The notes beneath the pieces are model-generated. The model worked only from the letters and a program-made list of their open reading frames with translations, searched no databases and had not been told where the DNA came from. DNA of 64,000 bases from NCBI GenBank assembly GCA_900543885.1, contig UQTA01000001.1:86395-150394 (forward strand), in the 5' to 3' direction. The position numbers and the translations under genes were made by a program. Source of the DNA: an uncultured Clostridium sp. GTDB taxonomy: Bacteria; Bacillota; Clostridia; Lachnospirales; Lachnospiraceae. Positions 18,903 through 27,918 of the stretch are shown piece by piece (the first letter of the stretch is position 1; each line of letters starts with the position of its first letter).

Positions 18903-19529
18903 TTATTTAATAAAGCTTACATGTTTGCAGATCTCTTCGTAAACCTTTTCCTTCCGTTCATTAAACACAACCTTGTTTTCTTCAAACAGGTTTCTTCCTT
19001 CTGTGTCAATGGATACGATCAGCGGTCCGAATTCCTTCACACGGCAATTCCACAAAGTTTCCGGCATTCCCAGATCACGCCACTCTGCACGGACGATCCC
19101 TTCTACCTCAGTTGCAGCTACCACTGCATTTCCAGCAGGGAACACACAATGGATCGCCTTGAAATTCTTGCAGGCATATTCCGTATTTGGTCCCATGCCG
19201 CCTTTTCCTACGATCACTTTTACACCAGTCTGCTCTACAAATTCCTTCTCAAATTTTTCCATACGCATACTTGTGGTAGGACCTACAGAAACCATTTCAA
19301 ACTTGTCATCCCCTAAAGGACGGATGATGGGACCTGCATGGAAAATCGCATTATTTCTTACATCTACAGGCAATGGTCTGTGTTCTTCTACCAGACGGCG
19401 GTGAGCCACATCACGGCAGGTAGTTAAATTACCATTTAAGTAAATAATGTCACCGATATGGATATCTTTTAAATCTTCGTCACTGATTGGTGTTGTTAAA
19501 ATTTTCTTTCCATCTTTGATCTCTAACAT
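18903..19529 (-). CDS. Fe-S hydro-lyase, tartrate/fumarate subfamily, beta subunit (class I fumarate hydratase C-terminal domain)
   Basis: 208 aa with the beta-subunit pattern; stop/start overlap with the alpha subunit. Confidence 0.85.
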   Translation of the reverse strand: MLEIKDGKKILTTPISDEDLKDIHIGDIIYLNGNLTTCRDVAHRRLVEEHRPLPVDVRNNAIFHAGPIIRPLGDDKFEMVSVGPTTSMRMEKFEKEFVEQTGVKVIVGKGGMGPNTEYACKNFKAIHCVFPAGNAVVAATEVEGIVRAEWRDLGMPETLWNCRVKEFGPLIVSIDTEGRNLFEENKVVFNERKEKVYEEICKHVSFIK

Positions 19530-20428
19530 TATAAAGTCACCCCCGAATGAGTTGTAATTGTATAGTTAAGGTCCTTATCAAAAATAATATGGCCGCGACG
19601 ATGAGACCAGCATCCCACATTGACAGCTACACCAATGGTAGATGGATGTCTTGCTGTATTTTCAATATGTACGCCCATTACAGAGTACTTTCCTCCCATA
19701 CCCTGCGGTCCAAGGCCGATCTCATTGATTCCGTCTTCCAGAAGCTTCTCCATACTTGCAGCTCTCTCATTTTCATTGTGGCTGCCTAAAGGACGCATCA
19801 GGGCTTTCTTAGAAAGCAGAGCTGCTGTCTCTACAGAAGTAGCTACTCCGACACCTACTAACAGTGGCGGACATGCATTTAAGCCATAAGAAGTCATAAC
19901 ATCCAGTACGAAACGCGTAACTCCTTCATAACCTGCGCCTGGCATTAATACCATTGCTTTTCCAGGAAGTGTACAGCCGCCGCCTGCCATGTAAGCATAG
20001 ATCTCACATTTGTCGCTGTTTGGAACAATATCCCAGAATACAGTAGGCGTTCCCTTACCAACGTTCTTTCCTGTGTTGTACTCATCAAAAGTTTCTACGC
20101 TGTTGTGACGAAGAGGTGCGTCCACAGTTGCTCTTACTACAGCTTCCTTTAATAACGCTTCCAGATCATCGATCAGCGGGAATCTGGTTCCGCATTTTAC
20201 CCAGAACTGCAGTACACCGGTATCCTGGCAAGAAGGACGATTTAATTTTACTGCCAGATCCTGATTACGCTTCATGGTCTGATAAATTACTTTTGATAAT
20301 GGGCTGTCTTCCTTTTCTGCCAGTTCATCTAACTTGGCAATAATGTCATCCGGCAATTTCTTACCGATATGGGCAACAAAGTGCGCCATATAATTGGTAA
20401 GCTGCTCTACCTGTTCTGTTCTGCTCAT
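19529..20428 (-). CDS. Fe-S hydro-lyase, tartrate/fumarate subfamily, alpha subunit (class I fumarate hydratase N-terminal domain)
   Basis: 299 aa; conserved Cys ligands (CQDTG...), typical FumA/TtdA alpha. Confidence 0.85.
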   Translation of the reverse strand: MSRTEQVEQLTNYMAHFVAHIGKKLPDDIIAKLDELAEKEDSPLSKVIYQTMKRNQDLAVKLNRPSCQDTGVLQFWVKCGTRFPLIDDLEALLKEAVVRATVDAPLRHNSVETFDEYNTGKNVGKGTPTVFWDIVPNSDKCEIYAYMAGGGCTLPGKAMVLMPGAGYEGVTRFVLDVMTSYGLNACPPLLVGVGVATSVETAALLSKKALMRPLGSHNENERAASMEKLLEDGINEIGLGPQGMGGKYSVMGVHIENTARHPSTIGVAVNVGCWSHRRGHIIFDKDLNYTITTHSGVTL

Positions 20429-20493
20429 TTCATATCCTCCTTAAAATATAAGTAATGTGTATTCATGGTTTATTAACTGTTCCACCATCTCAT

Positions 20494-21135
20494 TTACGGA
20501 AAAAATGGAAATGCAATGGGTAAAAGGATCATACTGACTGCAGTTGCGATAAAAATAAGGGGCAGTCCTGATTTCGTATAATCCAAAAAGCTGTAGCCGC
20601 CGGCTCCAAGTACCATGGTATTTGCCGGCATACCGATAGGTGTTGCATATGCACAGGAACCACCGATGACGCAGGCCATCAGCACTGCTCTCGGATCAGC
20701 TCCCATAGCTGCTGCAAATACCAACGGCATCAGAAGCCTGGAACGTGAATAGCCTGATTTTGCTGCAATACCGATCACAACCGGGATCAGTACTGCCGCT
20801 GTACCTGTGTTTGAAAGAACGCCGCTCATCACACCTACGATGATCATAACAGCCGCGATCAGCATTCTTTCTGATTTGGCAAATTTTGTAACAATACCAC
20901 CGATCTTATTAGCCATACCTGTTTCAAAAAATGCGCCGCCTACAATAAACATTGCTACAAAGAGAATTACATTGCTGTCAATAAAACCGGCAAATGCCGT
21001 CTTCGCATCCAGGACCCCGGTAACGACCAGACCTACACAAACGATCATGGAAGTTACCCCCAGCGGGATTTTCTCCAATACGAACATTACGATCGCAAAC
21101 AGGAGAAAAAGGATGGTTATAGTTGATGGACTCAT
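20494..21135 (-). CDS. DASS/SLC13-like anion permease of only 213 aa: both hairpin motifs present (SNTG, PANT) but the central region is absent; internally deleted gene or mini-transporter
   Basis: N-terminus resembles the DASS TM1-HP1 region and the C-terminus resembles HP2 plus the last TM; full-length homologs are 450-600 aa. Confidence 0.45.
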   Translation of the reverse strand: MSPSTITILFLLFAIVMFVLEKIPLGVTSMIVCVGLVVTGVLDAKTAFAGFIDSNVILFVAMFIVGGAFFETGMANKIGGIVTKFAKSERMLIAAVMIIVGVMSGVLSNTGTAAVLIPVVIGIAAKSGYSRSRLLMPLVFAAAMGADPRAVLMACVIGGSCAYATPIGMPANTMVLGAGGYSFLDYTKSGLPLIFIATAVSMILLPIAFPFFP

Positions 21136-21182
21136 AAACTCCCCCTTTGGTTTTATAAAACTGTATGAACCTTATTCATTTA

Positions 21183-21375
21183 CTATGAAAGTCCCGGACG
21201 GCAGCCGCGAATGAGCCATGCTTGCATGAGCGAATTCACGGGTATCGGACGGGCAAGCCGGTATGAGCAAGGAGCGCGATAGCGCGGATTGCGAATGCTG
21301 GCGACGATTGCGGGAGCACCAAAGGTGCGGAGCAATCGGCTTTCATGAATGGTGATGCCTGCGTCAGCAGGCATG
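21183..21375. repeat. GC-rich REP-like element with short palindromic units
   Basis: gagcgcgatagcgcgg (21272-21287) and gcctgcgtcagcaggc (21357-21372) recur as gagcgcgcagcgcgg / gcctgcggcagcaggc at 1076-1106; the GC content is far above that of the flanks. Confidence 0.45.
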
Positions 21376-21387
21376 TCCGTTTAGTTA

Positions 21388-21440
21388 CAGTTCAGCCTGG
21401 CATCTTCTTGACCGCTCGCAGCGGACAAGAAGATGCCAGC
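21388..21440. repeat. Partial copy of the 151-bp palindromic MITE-like repeat (left terminus + core palindrome)
   Basis: gttacagttcagcc...cttcttgaccgctcgcagcggacaagaag. Confidence 0.5.
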
Positions 21441-21646
21441 CAGAGCACGTATGTTTTGCAGCTGCTGTCCTGGATCATTATTTGATATTTTATATTTGAT
21501 ATTTAATAATGTATCCATTTCATGTTTTTATAATAAAACAGAACACCTTGATTGTCAATGGTCATTTAACAATTCGGCGTTCTGCATACTCTTTTTGATA
21601 TTTTATTGTATGTTTTTTATAATACAACGTTTTACTAGTTATTCTA

Positions 21647-22288
21647 CTAATAACGGGTAAGAACATCATTCATGCTTCGCATAATGTGAGCCACCATTTT
21701 CTCCCCTGCAAGCTTCGGACCCTGACTTTCCAGAGCTGCCAGGATCTGTCTGTGTTCTGCCTGAGAATTGCGAGCATATTCTTCTTCTGTAGATTTTAAT
21801 CCCATGGAAAGACCATTCCACATCTCAGACAACATTGTCTTCAGCTTTTCATTTCCTGCTGCTGTCCAGATCTCATAGTGGAATGACTGGTTATAGTTAG
21901 AATAACTGCCTGAATCTCTTCGTTCCAGTGCCTCATCTGCCATTTCCACACAGTTTCGTATTGCAGAAAGGTCCGCCTTTTTCTGGCAACATAACACACA
22001 GGCTGCACTTTCCAGCGCCGCTCTTATTTCATAGTGTTCCCGGATCGTTGTCTCATTTAATCCCAGAACAGTTGCTCCTTTGTTCTGCCTTAAATCAATA
22101 AGTCCATCTCTTGCCAGTATCTGAAATGCCTCCCGCACCGGTGTAACAGATACACCTAACTGCTGTGCTGTGGATTCCAGTGTAATCACTTCTCCCTCTG
22201 TTATCTGCTTTGAGATAATAGCCTTGCGCAGCGCAGAAGCCACCCGTTCTCTTGCAGGCAGCAATTTAATTGGTTTTAATGTAACCAT
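21647..22288 (-). CDS. GntR family transcriptional regulator (FadR/FCD C-terminal domain)
   Basis: wHTH LESTAQQLGVSVTPVREAFQILARDGLI; 213 aa. Confidence 0.8.
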   Translation of the reverse strand: MVTLKPIKLLPARERVASALRKAIISKQITEGEVITLESTAQQLGVSVTPVREAFQILARDGLIDLRQNKGATVLGLNETTIREHYEIRAALESAACVLCCQKKADLSAIRNCVEMADEALERRDSGSYSNYNQSFHYEIWTAAGNEKLKTMLSEMWNGLSMGLKSTEEEYARNSQAEHRQILAALESQGPKLAGEKMVAHIMRSMNDVLTRY

Positions 22289-22342
22289 ACTTTTTAATCC
22301 CTTCTTTTACCAGGTCTTTATGGCTGACCGGCTGTTTTTTGT

Positions 22343-23023
22343 CTATTTCCCTTCATGCATAGCTTCCAGCTTTACTGCCATTTTTTCAAAATATTCCTCC
22401 AGCTGTCTGGCTCCATCTTCTTTCTTTCCTGACTTCCAGTTTCCTATGCTTTTTTCTAACAGGATCTCTTCTTCTGTTTTTTCTGCTTTCCTTCCCCATA
22501 CACCTTCCGGATTACGCCTGGAAATCACAAAATATAAGTAAATCTCCGTTATCGTTTCCAGATTTTTTCTTGATAAGCTATAGGGATAATTTCTCCAGAT
22601 TGCACGGTGAAAATTCAATTCCTCTTCCGGAAGGGCTTTTAGCTCTTCCTCATCCAGATTCTGCAAAAATTCTTTTTCCAGCCCGGCACCTGTTTTTAAA
22701 ATATGATGAAAATAAGCTTCTGTAAAAGAAGCTACCCGTACATGATTATTAGGCAGACGATCGATCAGCCCCTGATATTCTAACAGGATCAACGCTTCTC
22801 TTACCGGCATCCGGGATACTCCCAGACTTTCTGCCAGTTCATTCTGGGTCATCTCACTGCCGTCTGGTATATTTCCCGCCAGTATCTCATCACGGAGAAG
22901 TTCTACAATACTGCCTTGTTTCTTTTTATTCCCGATATATTCCATTCTGTCTTTCCCTTTCTGCCTGTCAAACAAGATTCGCAATGTGCCTTTGCTGCCC
23001 GCTTTCAGGCACACCACTGCCAT
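22343..23023 (-). CDS. GntR family transcriptional regulator (second paralog); the true start may be the internal Met MEYIGNKKK
   Basis: wHTH ELAESLGVSRMPVREALILLEYQGLI. Confidence 0.75.
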   Translation of the reverse strand: MAVVCLKAGSKGTLRILFDRQKGKDRMEYIGNKKKQGSIVELLRDEILAGNIPDGSEMTQNELAESLGVSRMPVREALILLEYQGLIDRLPNNHVRVASFTEAYFHHILKTGAGLEKEFLQNLDEEELKALPEEELNFHRAIWRNYPYSLSRKNLETITEIYLYFVISRRNPEGVWGRKAEKTEEEILLEKSIGNWKSGKKEDGARQLEEYFEKMAVKLEAMHEGK

Positions 23024-23050
23024 ACTGCATCAAACATCCGACCAGACATA

Positions 23051-23680
23051 TTACTGCAGTTTTTTCTTAAAATATCCTTCTGCGCAGTAAATAGCACCAC
23101 ATGGATTATGTGCCAGCACACGGTCTTTGGCAACCAGCGTAGTCACCATAGGTTTTGAATATTTATAAAACATAGAATCATGTCCCACGCAAAGTCCCAG
23201 TGCAATATTAAATTCGGTTTCCTGTGAATTTAAAAATTCTGCCTGGGCGATGGGATTGCACATTGGCTCAAAGGCATCTGCATGGATTTTTCCTTCTTTG
23301 GGAATGCCTGCTGTTTCTTTCGGAAAACCGCCTGTCTTACAGATCACAGATACCACATCAAATCCGTGCTCTGTAAAAAGATCTGCCACAATACGTGCCT
23401 CTTTACGAAGTCCCTTACAAAATGCCAGTCCTATTTTCTTATATCCCATTTTTTTACAAAATTCCACTGTTTCTTTTAATCTTGGCCACTGGCAATATCC
23501 TTCTCCCTCAATAGAAGAAGATTTTACATAAAATTCATGGTTCTCTTCCAACCCATATTTTTCTAAAGCGCCGCCCATTTTTTCTTTTTCCCGCATGGGA
23601 CAGTTTTTAGGCATCTTTTCCCGCAGCGCAGGATCATCTGACGCGCAGGCTAAAACATTACATTTTGCACAGGTATACAT
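23051..23680 (-). CDS. DUF1847-family Cys-rich (probable metal-binding) protein
   Basis: 209 aa with multiple CxxC-like cysteines (CAKCNVLAC, CPMREK, CQWP, CKTGG, CGAIYC); resembles DUF1847 proteins of Clostridia and archaea. Confidence 0.55.
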   Translation of the reverse strand: MYTCAKCNVLACASDDPALREKMPKNCPMREKEKMGGALEKYGLEENHEFYVKSSSIEGEGYCQWPRLKETVEFCKKMGYKKIGLAFCKGLRKEARIVADLFTEHGFDVVSVICKTGGFPKETAGIPKEGKIHADAFEPMCNPIAQAEFLNSQETEFNIALGLCVGHDSMFYKYSKPMVTTLVAKDRVLAHNPCGAIYCAEGYFKKKLQ

Positions 23681-23971
23681 ATCCTTCTCCTCTTTGATCT
23701 TCTAAATACTCTATCCAAATTAATTTGTATATTTTATATTGTATCCATTTTTTAATAAAAAGTAAAGGGGCTGTTGCAAAATATAGCAGCGATTTTCTGT
23801 AATCCAGTTGTTCTGCCTCTTCGAGACATCTGTACGGGCAGAACGGACTTCAGTCCGAGCTGAACGCACAGATGTAACGAGAAGCTGTGCAGACAACGGA
23901 TACAGAAAAATAGAGGCTGTGTTTTACAACGGCTCCTTTCTTTATAACCAAATAGCTGTTATACAGCTTAC

Positions 23972-25183
23972 TTAAAACGCAAAAAACTTATCATGAACGG
24001 CCTGAACGGCTCTGTCTGCATCCTTCTTATCCACCAGTACAGAGATCTTGATCTCACTGGTAGAGATCATATTAATATTGATATGAGCATCATACAGTGC
24101 CTCAAACAGCTTTGCTGCAACACCTGGATTGTTGATCATACCAGAACCAACAACAGAAACCTTGGCAATATCAGCATTGGTCTCCAGTCTTGTAAAGCGC
24201 AGCTCATCCTTATGAGATTCCAGCAATTCTGCTGCTTTCTTCAAATCTCCTTCTGCTACTGTAAAGCAGATATCTTTCCCTTCTTCATGACCGATCCCCT
24301 GAAGGATAATATCTACATTAATATGATTCTGTGCCAGCAAAGAGAATACTTTAAAAGAAGTTCCCACTTCATTTGGTACTCCTACCAGTGCGATCCTTGC
24401 AATATCTTTATCTTTTGCTACACTGCTGACTGCTGTCTTTTCCATTCGTTTTGCTACCCCTTTCACCTTTGTACCCGGATGACCGGTAAAGCTGGATAAA
24501 ACTTCCAGTTTTACATTATATTTCTTTGCCAGTTCCACAGAACGGTTGTGGAGAACCTGGGCTCCTAACGTTGCCAGTTCCAGCATTTCATTATAAGTAA
24601 CTTCGTCCAGCTTTCTGGCTCCCTTTACATGTCTTGGGTCGGCTGTGTATACACCATCCACATCTGTATAGATCTGACAAAGATCTGCTTCCAGCGCTGC
24701 TGCAAGTGCAACTGCAGAAGTATCGGATCCGCCTCTTCCTAAAGTGGTAATATTCTGATTTCTGTCTACACCCTGAAAACCTGTAACGATCACAATGCGC
24801 TTCTGATCCAGTTCTGCTTCCAGACGCTCTGTATCGATTTTTTTAATTCGTGCATTTTTTGCTGCTGTATCTGTAAGCACTCCAGCCTGCCAGCCAGTAA
24901 GAGAAACCACCGGATAGCCCAGTGCCTCAATAGCCATAGCGCAAAGTGCAACAGAGATCTGCTCTCCTGTGGATAACAGCATATCCATTTCCCGGTTGGA
25001 ACCCTCCGGATTGATTTCTTTTGCCTTTTCAATTAAATCATCCGTAGTATCTCCCTGTGCAGAAAGCACCGCTACCACCTGGTTGCCTGCTTTATAGGTA
25101 TCAGTGATGATCTTCGCTACATTGCGAAGCCGCTCTGCATCTGCTACAGATGTACCTCCGAACTTCTGTATGATCAACCCCAT
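23972..25183 (-). CDS. lysC: Aspartate kinase
   Basis: IQKFGGTSV, GRGGSDTSA motifs; two C-terminal ACT domains; 403 aa. Confidence 0.9.
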   Translation of the reverse strand: MGLIIQKFGGTSVADAERLRNVAKIITDTYKAGNQVVAVLSAQGDTTDDLIEKAKEINPEGSNREMDMLLSTGEQISVALCAMAIEALGYPVVSLTGWQAGVLTDTAAKNARIKKIDTERLEAELDQKRIVIVTGFQGVDRNQNITTLGRGGSDTSAVALAAALEADLCQIYTDVDGVYTADPRHVKGARKLDEVTYNEMLELATLGAQVLHNRSVELAKKYNVKLEVLSSFTGHPGTKVKGVAKRMEKTAVSSVAKDKDIARIALVGVPNEVGTSFKVFSLLAQNHINVDIILQGIGHEEGKDICFTVAEGDLKKAAELLESHKDELRFTRLETNADIAKVSVVGSGMINNPGVAAKLFEALYDAHININMISTSEIKISVLVDKKDADRAVQAVHDKFFAF

Positions 25184-25265
25184 TTTCTTTTTCCTTCCTG
25201 TATCTTTTTCTGCATAAAACAGTTCTGTTTTTGTTAAAAGTCAGCTTACATTTTATTCCTTTTTT

Positions 25266-25335
25266 GTCCGCTTGTCTAGTACATATTGCAATATTTGTCT
25301 TTATACAAGAAGATGCAAGGCTGAACTATAACGAA
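25266..25335. repeat. Partial copy (right terminus) of the MITE-like repeat
   Basis: ...cttgtataaagacaaat...gatgcaaggctgaactataac. Confidence 0.4.
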
Positions 25336-25344
25336 TTTCCTAGT

Positions 25345-25385
25345 ACACAAAAAACACTGCAGAAGATTTTCTCCTGCAGTGTTTT
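25345..25385 (-). terminator. Rho-independent terminator downstream of the hydrolase-like gene
   Basis: The minus strand reads aaaacactgcaggagaaaatcttctgcagtgtttttt. Confidence 0.55.
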
Positions 25386-25441
25386 GACTTATAAAATGGC
25401 CAAAGGACATTTTTATTATTGTGCAGCTGTTCAGCCTTCCA

Positions 25442-27136
25442 TTATTTTTCCAGATTTTTCCATTTAAAGTTTGGAACTACATCAGACCATTTATTAATAC
25501 CGATCAGGGATTTTGCAAATTCGCTTGCTTCTAACGTAGCGTTCTTCTTATCAATATCCCTGAATACCTGCCAGATTTTTCTCCGCTTAGTGGCTTCGAT
25601 CAGGTTTGGTTTGCTCATATCACACTCCCATAAGCCTAATTTCAGGCCATTCTTTGCTTCAGAAGGAGCATCCACCTGACGGCTTAAAGTATAGGCATCA
25701 ATATATGGGTTGCTGTCTACCAGATAATAGGAATAAGCAAAAGCAGCTGCCTGAAGCTCTGGAACATCTCCTCTGGTAGGACTGTAAGCAGTGAATCCCT
25801 GTTCTGTAAGGATAATATGGCGAACATGGCCGGATGGTGTCTTTAATGTATCCTGGCAGAAATAATCAGTCAGCACATTTAAGTTGGCAAAATTAATAAC
25901 CGGTGAGTTAAAGTCGTTTTTGACCAGGCCTGTTGTCTCTGCGTCATCCCAGAATACTGGATCTGCCAACGGGCATGGATATGGATGATATGCAAGTCCC
26001 CACTCCATCTGTCCCTGATTATTTGCAATTGAGTTAAAACTGTCTATAATCTCTTTGCCGCCATATTTTAACTTTCCGTCCATTTCATTCATCCAGTTAT
26101 AACCAAGGGAAAGATATACACGGTCATTTGCATTGGTGCTCTTAATAGCTGTGTAGCATACGCGGAATGCCTTTTCATAGGTTTTTACATAATTAGTCAG
26201 ATCCATGGGACCCATATAATTCCATTCCTGGTTTTCAATTTCATTTCCAATGATCCAGTTGGAAACTTTACCATAATTAGCATTTTTGCCGCTGTAATGG
26301 TCTGCCAGGAATGCAGAAATGGCCTTCAGCTGTTCAAATCCTGCTTCATTGGTAGCATTAAACATATAATAATATGCGCTGGATGTTTTCTCCACTCCAG
26401 GAATAAACAAATTGGAAGTAGAATCACTCCAGTCATTTAAAAGAATAGCGTTTACAACCATTCCCTTTCCTGAATAAGCACTGATGATCTTGTCATAGTC
26501 TTCTACAATTCCCTTATTGAAATGATATGTTTTGCCTTCATACTGGAAATCAATCCCTGAACCCATCAATCTGGATACTGCAATATTGGTAGTAACATAT
26601 TTAACACCTAGATCAAAGGCATCATCTAACATGTTCAGCTCAATATTCAGGCCCTTTTTAGTAAGGGGTTCCTTAAATGCATCTGTATTCTTTGCCACGA
26701 CCTCCGGATTTGTAATATAATGGTGCTCGCTGACTGCTTTGTAAGCTCCGTTTTCTTTCACTGCCAGCACAAATTTACTGTAAAGGCGGTCAGATCCATC
26801 ATTACATTTAAAAGGGACCGTAACTGTAGTGGAACCAGTTGCATCCGACGAAGTAAGATAATCGCTGCGGCTTCCAAGGTCATCTTCATAAGCAGACTGC
26901 TCAAATACATAAACTTTGCCATCCGTTCCCTCTGTACTGCCGCTGCTGTTAAAAGCAATCTCAACATTCTGTTTATCATCTGTTATTTTACAGGATGCGA
27001 TCTGCCCGGAAACTTCCGCTGCCAGTGCATCAAAAGCGCTAGTTCCCATCGCTAAAATGCCTGTTCCTAGAAACAGTGCTGCTGCACATAAAAGGCCTGT
27101 AAGCCCTGCTCCTTTTGAACCTTTATATTTTCTCAT
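25442..27136 (-). CDS. Secreted TIM-barrel glycoside-hydrolase-like protein (family not resolved)
   Basis: Signal peptide/TM (LTGLLCAAALFLGTGILA); WIIGNEIENQEW motif typical of GH clan A catalytic NE; start chosen at MRKYKG. Confidence 0.45.
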   Translation of the reverse strand: MRKYKGSKGAGLTGLLCAAALFLGTGILAMGTSAFDALAAEVSGQIASCKITDDKQNVEIAFNSSGSTEGTDGKVYVFEQSAYEDDLGSRSDYLTSSDATGSTTVTVPFKCNDGSDRLYSKFVLAVKENGAYKAVSEHHYITNPEVVAKNTDAFKEPLTKKGLNIELNMLDDAFDLGVKYVTTNIAVSRLMGSGIDFQYEGKTYHFNKGIVEDYDKIISAYSGKGMVVNAILLNDWSDSTSNLFIPGVEKTSSAYYYMFNATNEAGFEQLKAISAFLADHYSGKNANYGKVSNWIIGNEIENQEWNYMGPMDLTNYVKTYEKAFRVCYTAIKSTNANDRVYLSLGYNWMNEMDGKLKYGGKEIIDSFNSIANNQGQMEWGLAYHPYPCPLADPVFWDDAETTGLVKNDFNSPVINFANLNVLTDYFCQDTLKTPSGHVRHIILTEQGFTAYSPTRGDVPELQAAAFAYSYYLVDSNPYIDAYTLSRQVDAPSEAKNGLKLGLWECDMSKPNLIEATKRRKIWQVFRDIDKKNATLEASEFAKSLIGINKWSDVVPNFKWKNLEK

Positions 27137-27192
27137 TCTTTCTGCCTCCCATATTCTGTCCATTTTATGCTGCTATTTATCCCAATATGACC

Positions 27193-27343
27193 GTTACAGT
27201 TCAGCCTTGCGAAGATTTAGGGACAAAAGTACGTTGAAAACTTGTTTTCATAAGTGCTTTTGGCACTAAATCTTCATAAGGCTGACGCCCAAAGCTTCTT
27301 GTCCGCTGCAAGCGGGCAAGAAGCTGCAAGGCTGAACTGTAAC
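27193..27343. repeat. 151-bp highly palindromic MITE-like intergenic repeat, copy 1
   Basis: Perfect 18-bp terminal inverted repeats gttacagttcagccttgc/gcaaggctgaactgtaac; internal palindromes gaagatttag...ctaaatcttc and cttcttgtccgctgcaagcgggcaagaag. Confidence 0.75.
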
Positions 27344-27434
27344 ATATGACCAGCATCGTTTTATTACAGCCTACATCATACATAATCTAACTTATATTTT
27401 CAATTACATTTTTATTACATTATCTTAATTCAGC

Positions 27435-27585
27435 GTTACAGTTCAGCCTTGCGAAGATTTAGGGACAAAAGTACGTTGAAAACTTGTTTTCATAAGTGCT
27501 TTTGGCATTAAATCTTCATAAGGCAGACGCCCAAAGCTTCTTGTCCGCTGTAAGCGGGCAAGAAGATGCAAGGCTGAACTGTAAC
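27435..27585. repeat. 151-bp palindromic MITE-like repeat, copy 2 (tandem, about 95% identical to copy 1, separated by a 91-bp AT-rich spacer)
   Basis: Same termini and core; 5-6 substitutions relative to copy 1. Confidence 0.75.
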
Positions 27586-27623
27586 AATTCAGCTATTGAC
27601 ATTTTTTTCTGTCCGTTTATAAT

Positions 27624-27652
27624 ATTTTTAGACCTTTTGTATCTGCCAATGG
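27624..27652 (+). promoter_or_regulatory. Sigma-A type promoter (TTGACA-16-TATAAT) for the thiW-thiM operon
   Basis: ttgacatttttttctgtccgtttataat. Confidence 0.5.
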
Positions 27653-27654
27653 CT

Positions 27655-27835
27655 GAGACGGTGTGAGGGGGAGCGCCCTGACACTGCGTACAAAAGAAAT
27701 GCGATGGGACTCCGTGTTTCGGATTGAGAGGATGCTAGTGAGCATCGACCGCCAATTACAGCTGTTAGTCGGCGCCATCGCTATGTCTATTTTTAACAGG
27801 ACTATATCAACGCGCCGCAGGTGCGTTTTTTATTA
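27655..27835 (+). promoter_or_regulatory. About 180-nt GC-rich structured leader ending in an intrinsic terminator (acgcgccgcaggtgcgttttttatt): riboswitch-like architecture upstream of thiW
   Basis: Multiple hairpins (gatgctagtgagcatc, cgccaattacagctgttagtcggcg); terminator 27808-27835; gene RBS at 27908. This is the expected position of a TPP riboswitch, but the canonical THI-box order could not be matched. Confidence 0.4.
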
Positions 27836-27918
27836 CCCAATTTTGCATATAGCTGCGGCAGAAACTGATAAACTTTTGCATGGAAAGCCCTCTTTACACA
27901 GCAGAAAAGAGGAGAAAA

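Noticed and set aside
21183-21374. 63-aa ORF on the minus strand
   Set aside because: It lies entirely inside the GC-rich palindromic repeat block, with no RBS and no sensible composition. It is treated as non-coding.
25184-25441. Lysine riboswitch (L-box) upstream of lysC
   Set aside because: The reverse complement of the about 250-nt leader shows no L-box core. The region instead contains the terminator of the upstream gene and a partial repeat copy.
27193-27585. CRISPR array
   Set aside because: There are only two 151-bp copies with internal palindromes, separated by a 91-bp spacer. This is not a short-repeat/short-spacer array, and no cas genes are present.
27655-27800. Calling the thiW leader a TPP (THI-box) riboswitch
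   Set aside because: The conserved order GGGGUGCC - CUGAGA - ACCC - CCUGAUCUGG - GCGUAGGGA could not be recognised on either strand. It is reported instead as a structured leader that needs a covariance-model search.
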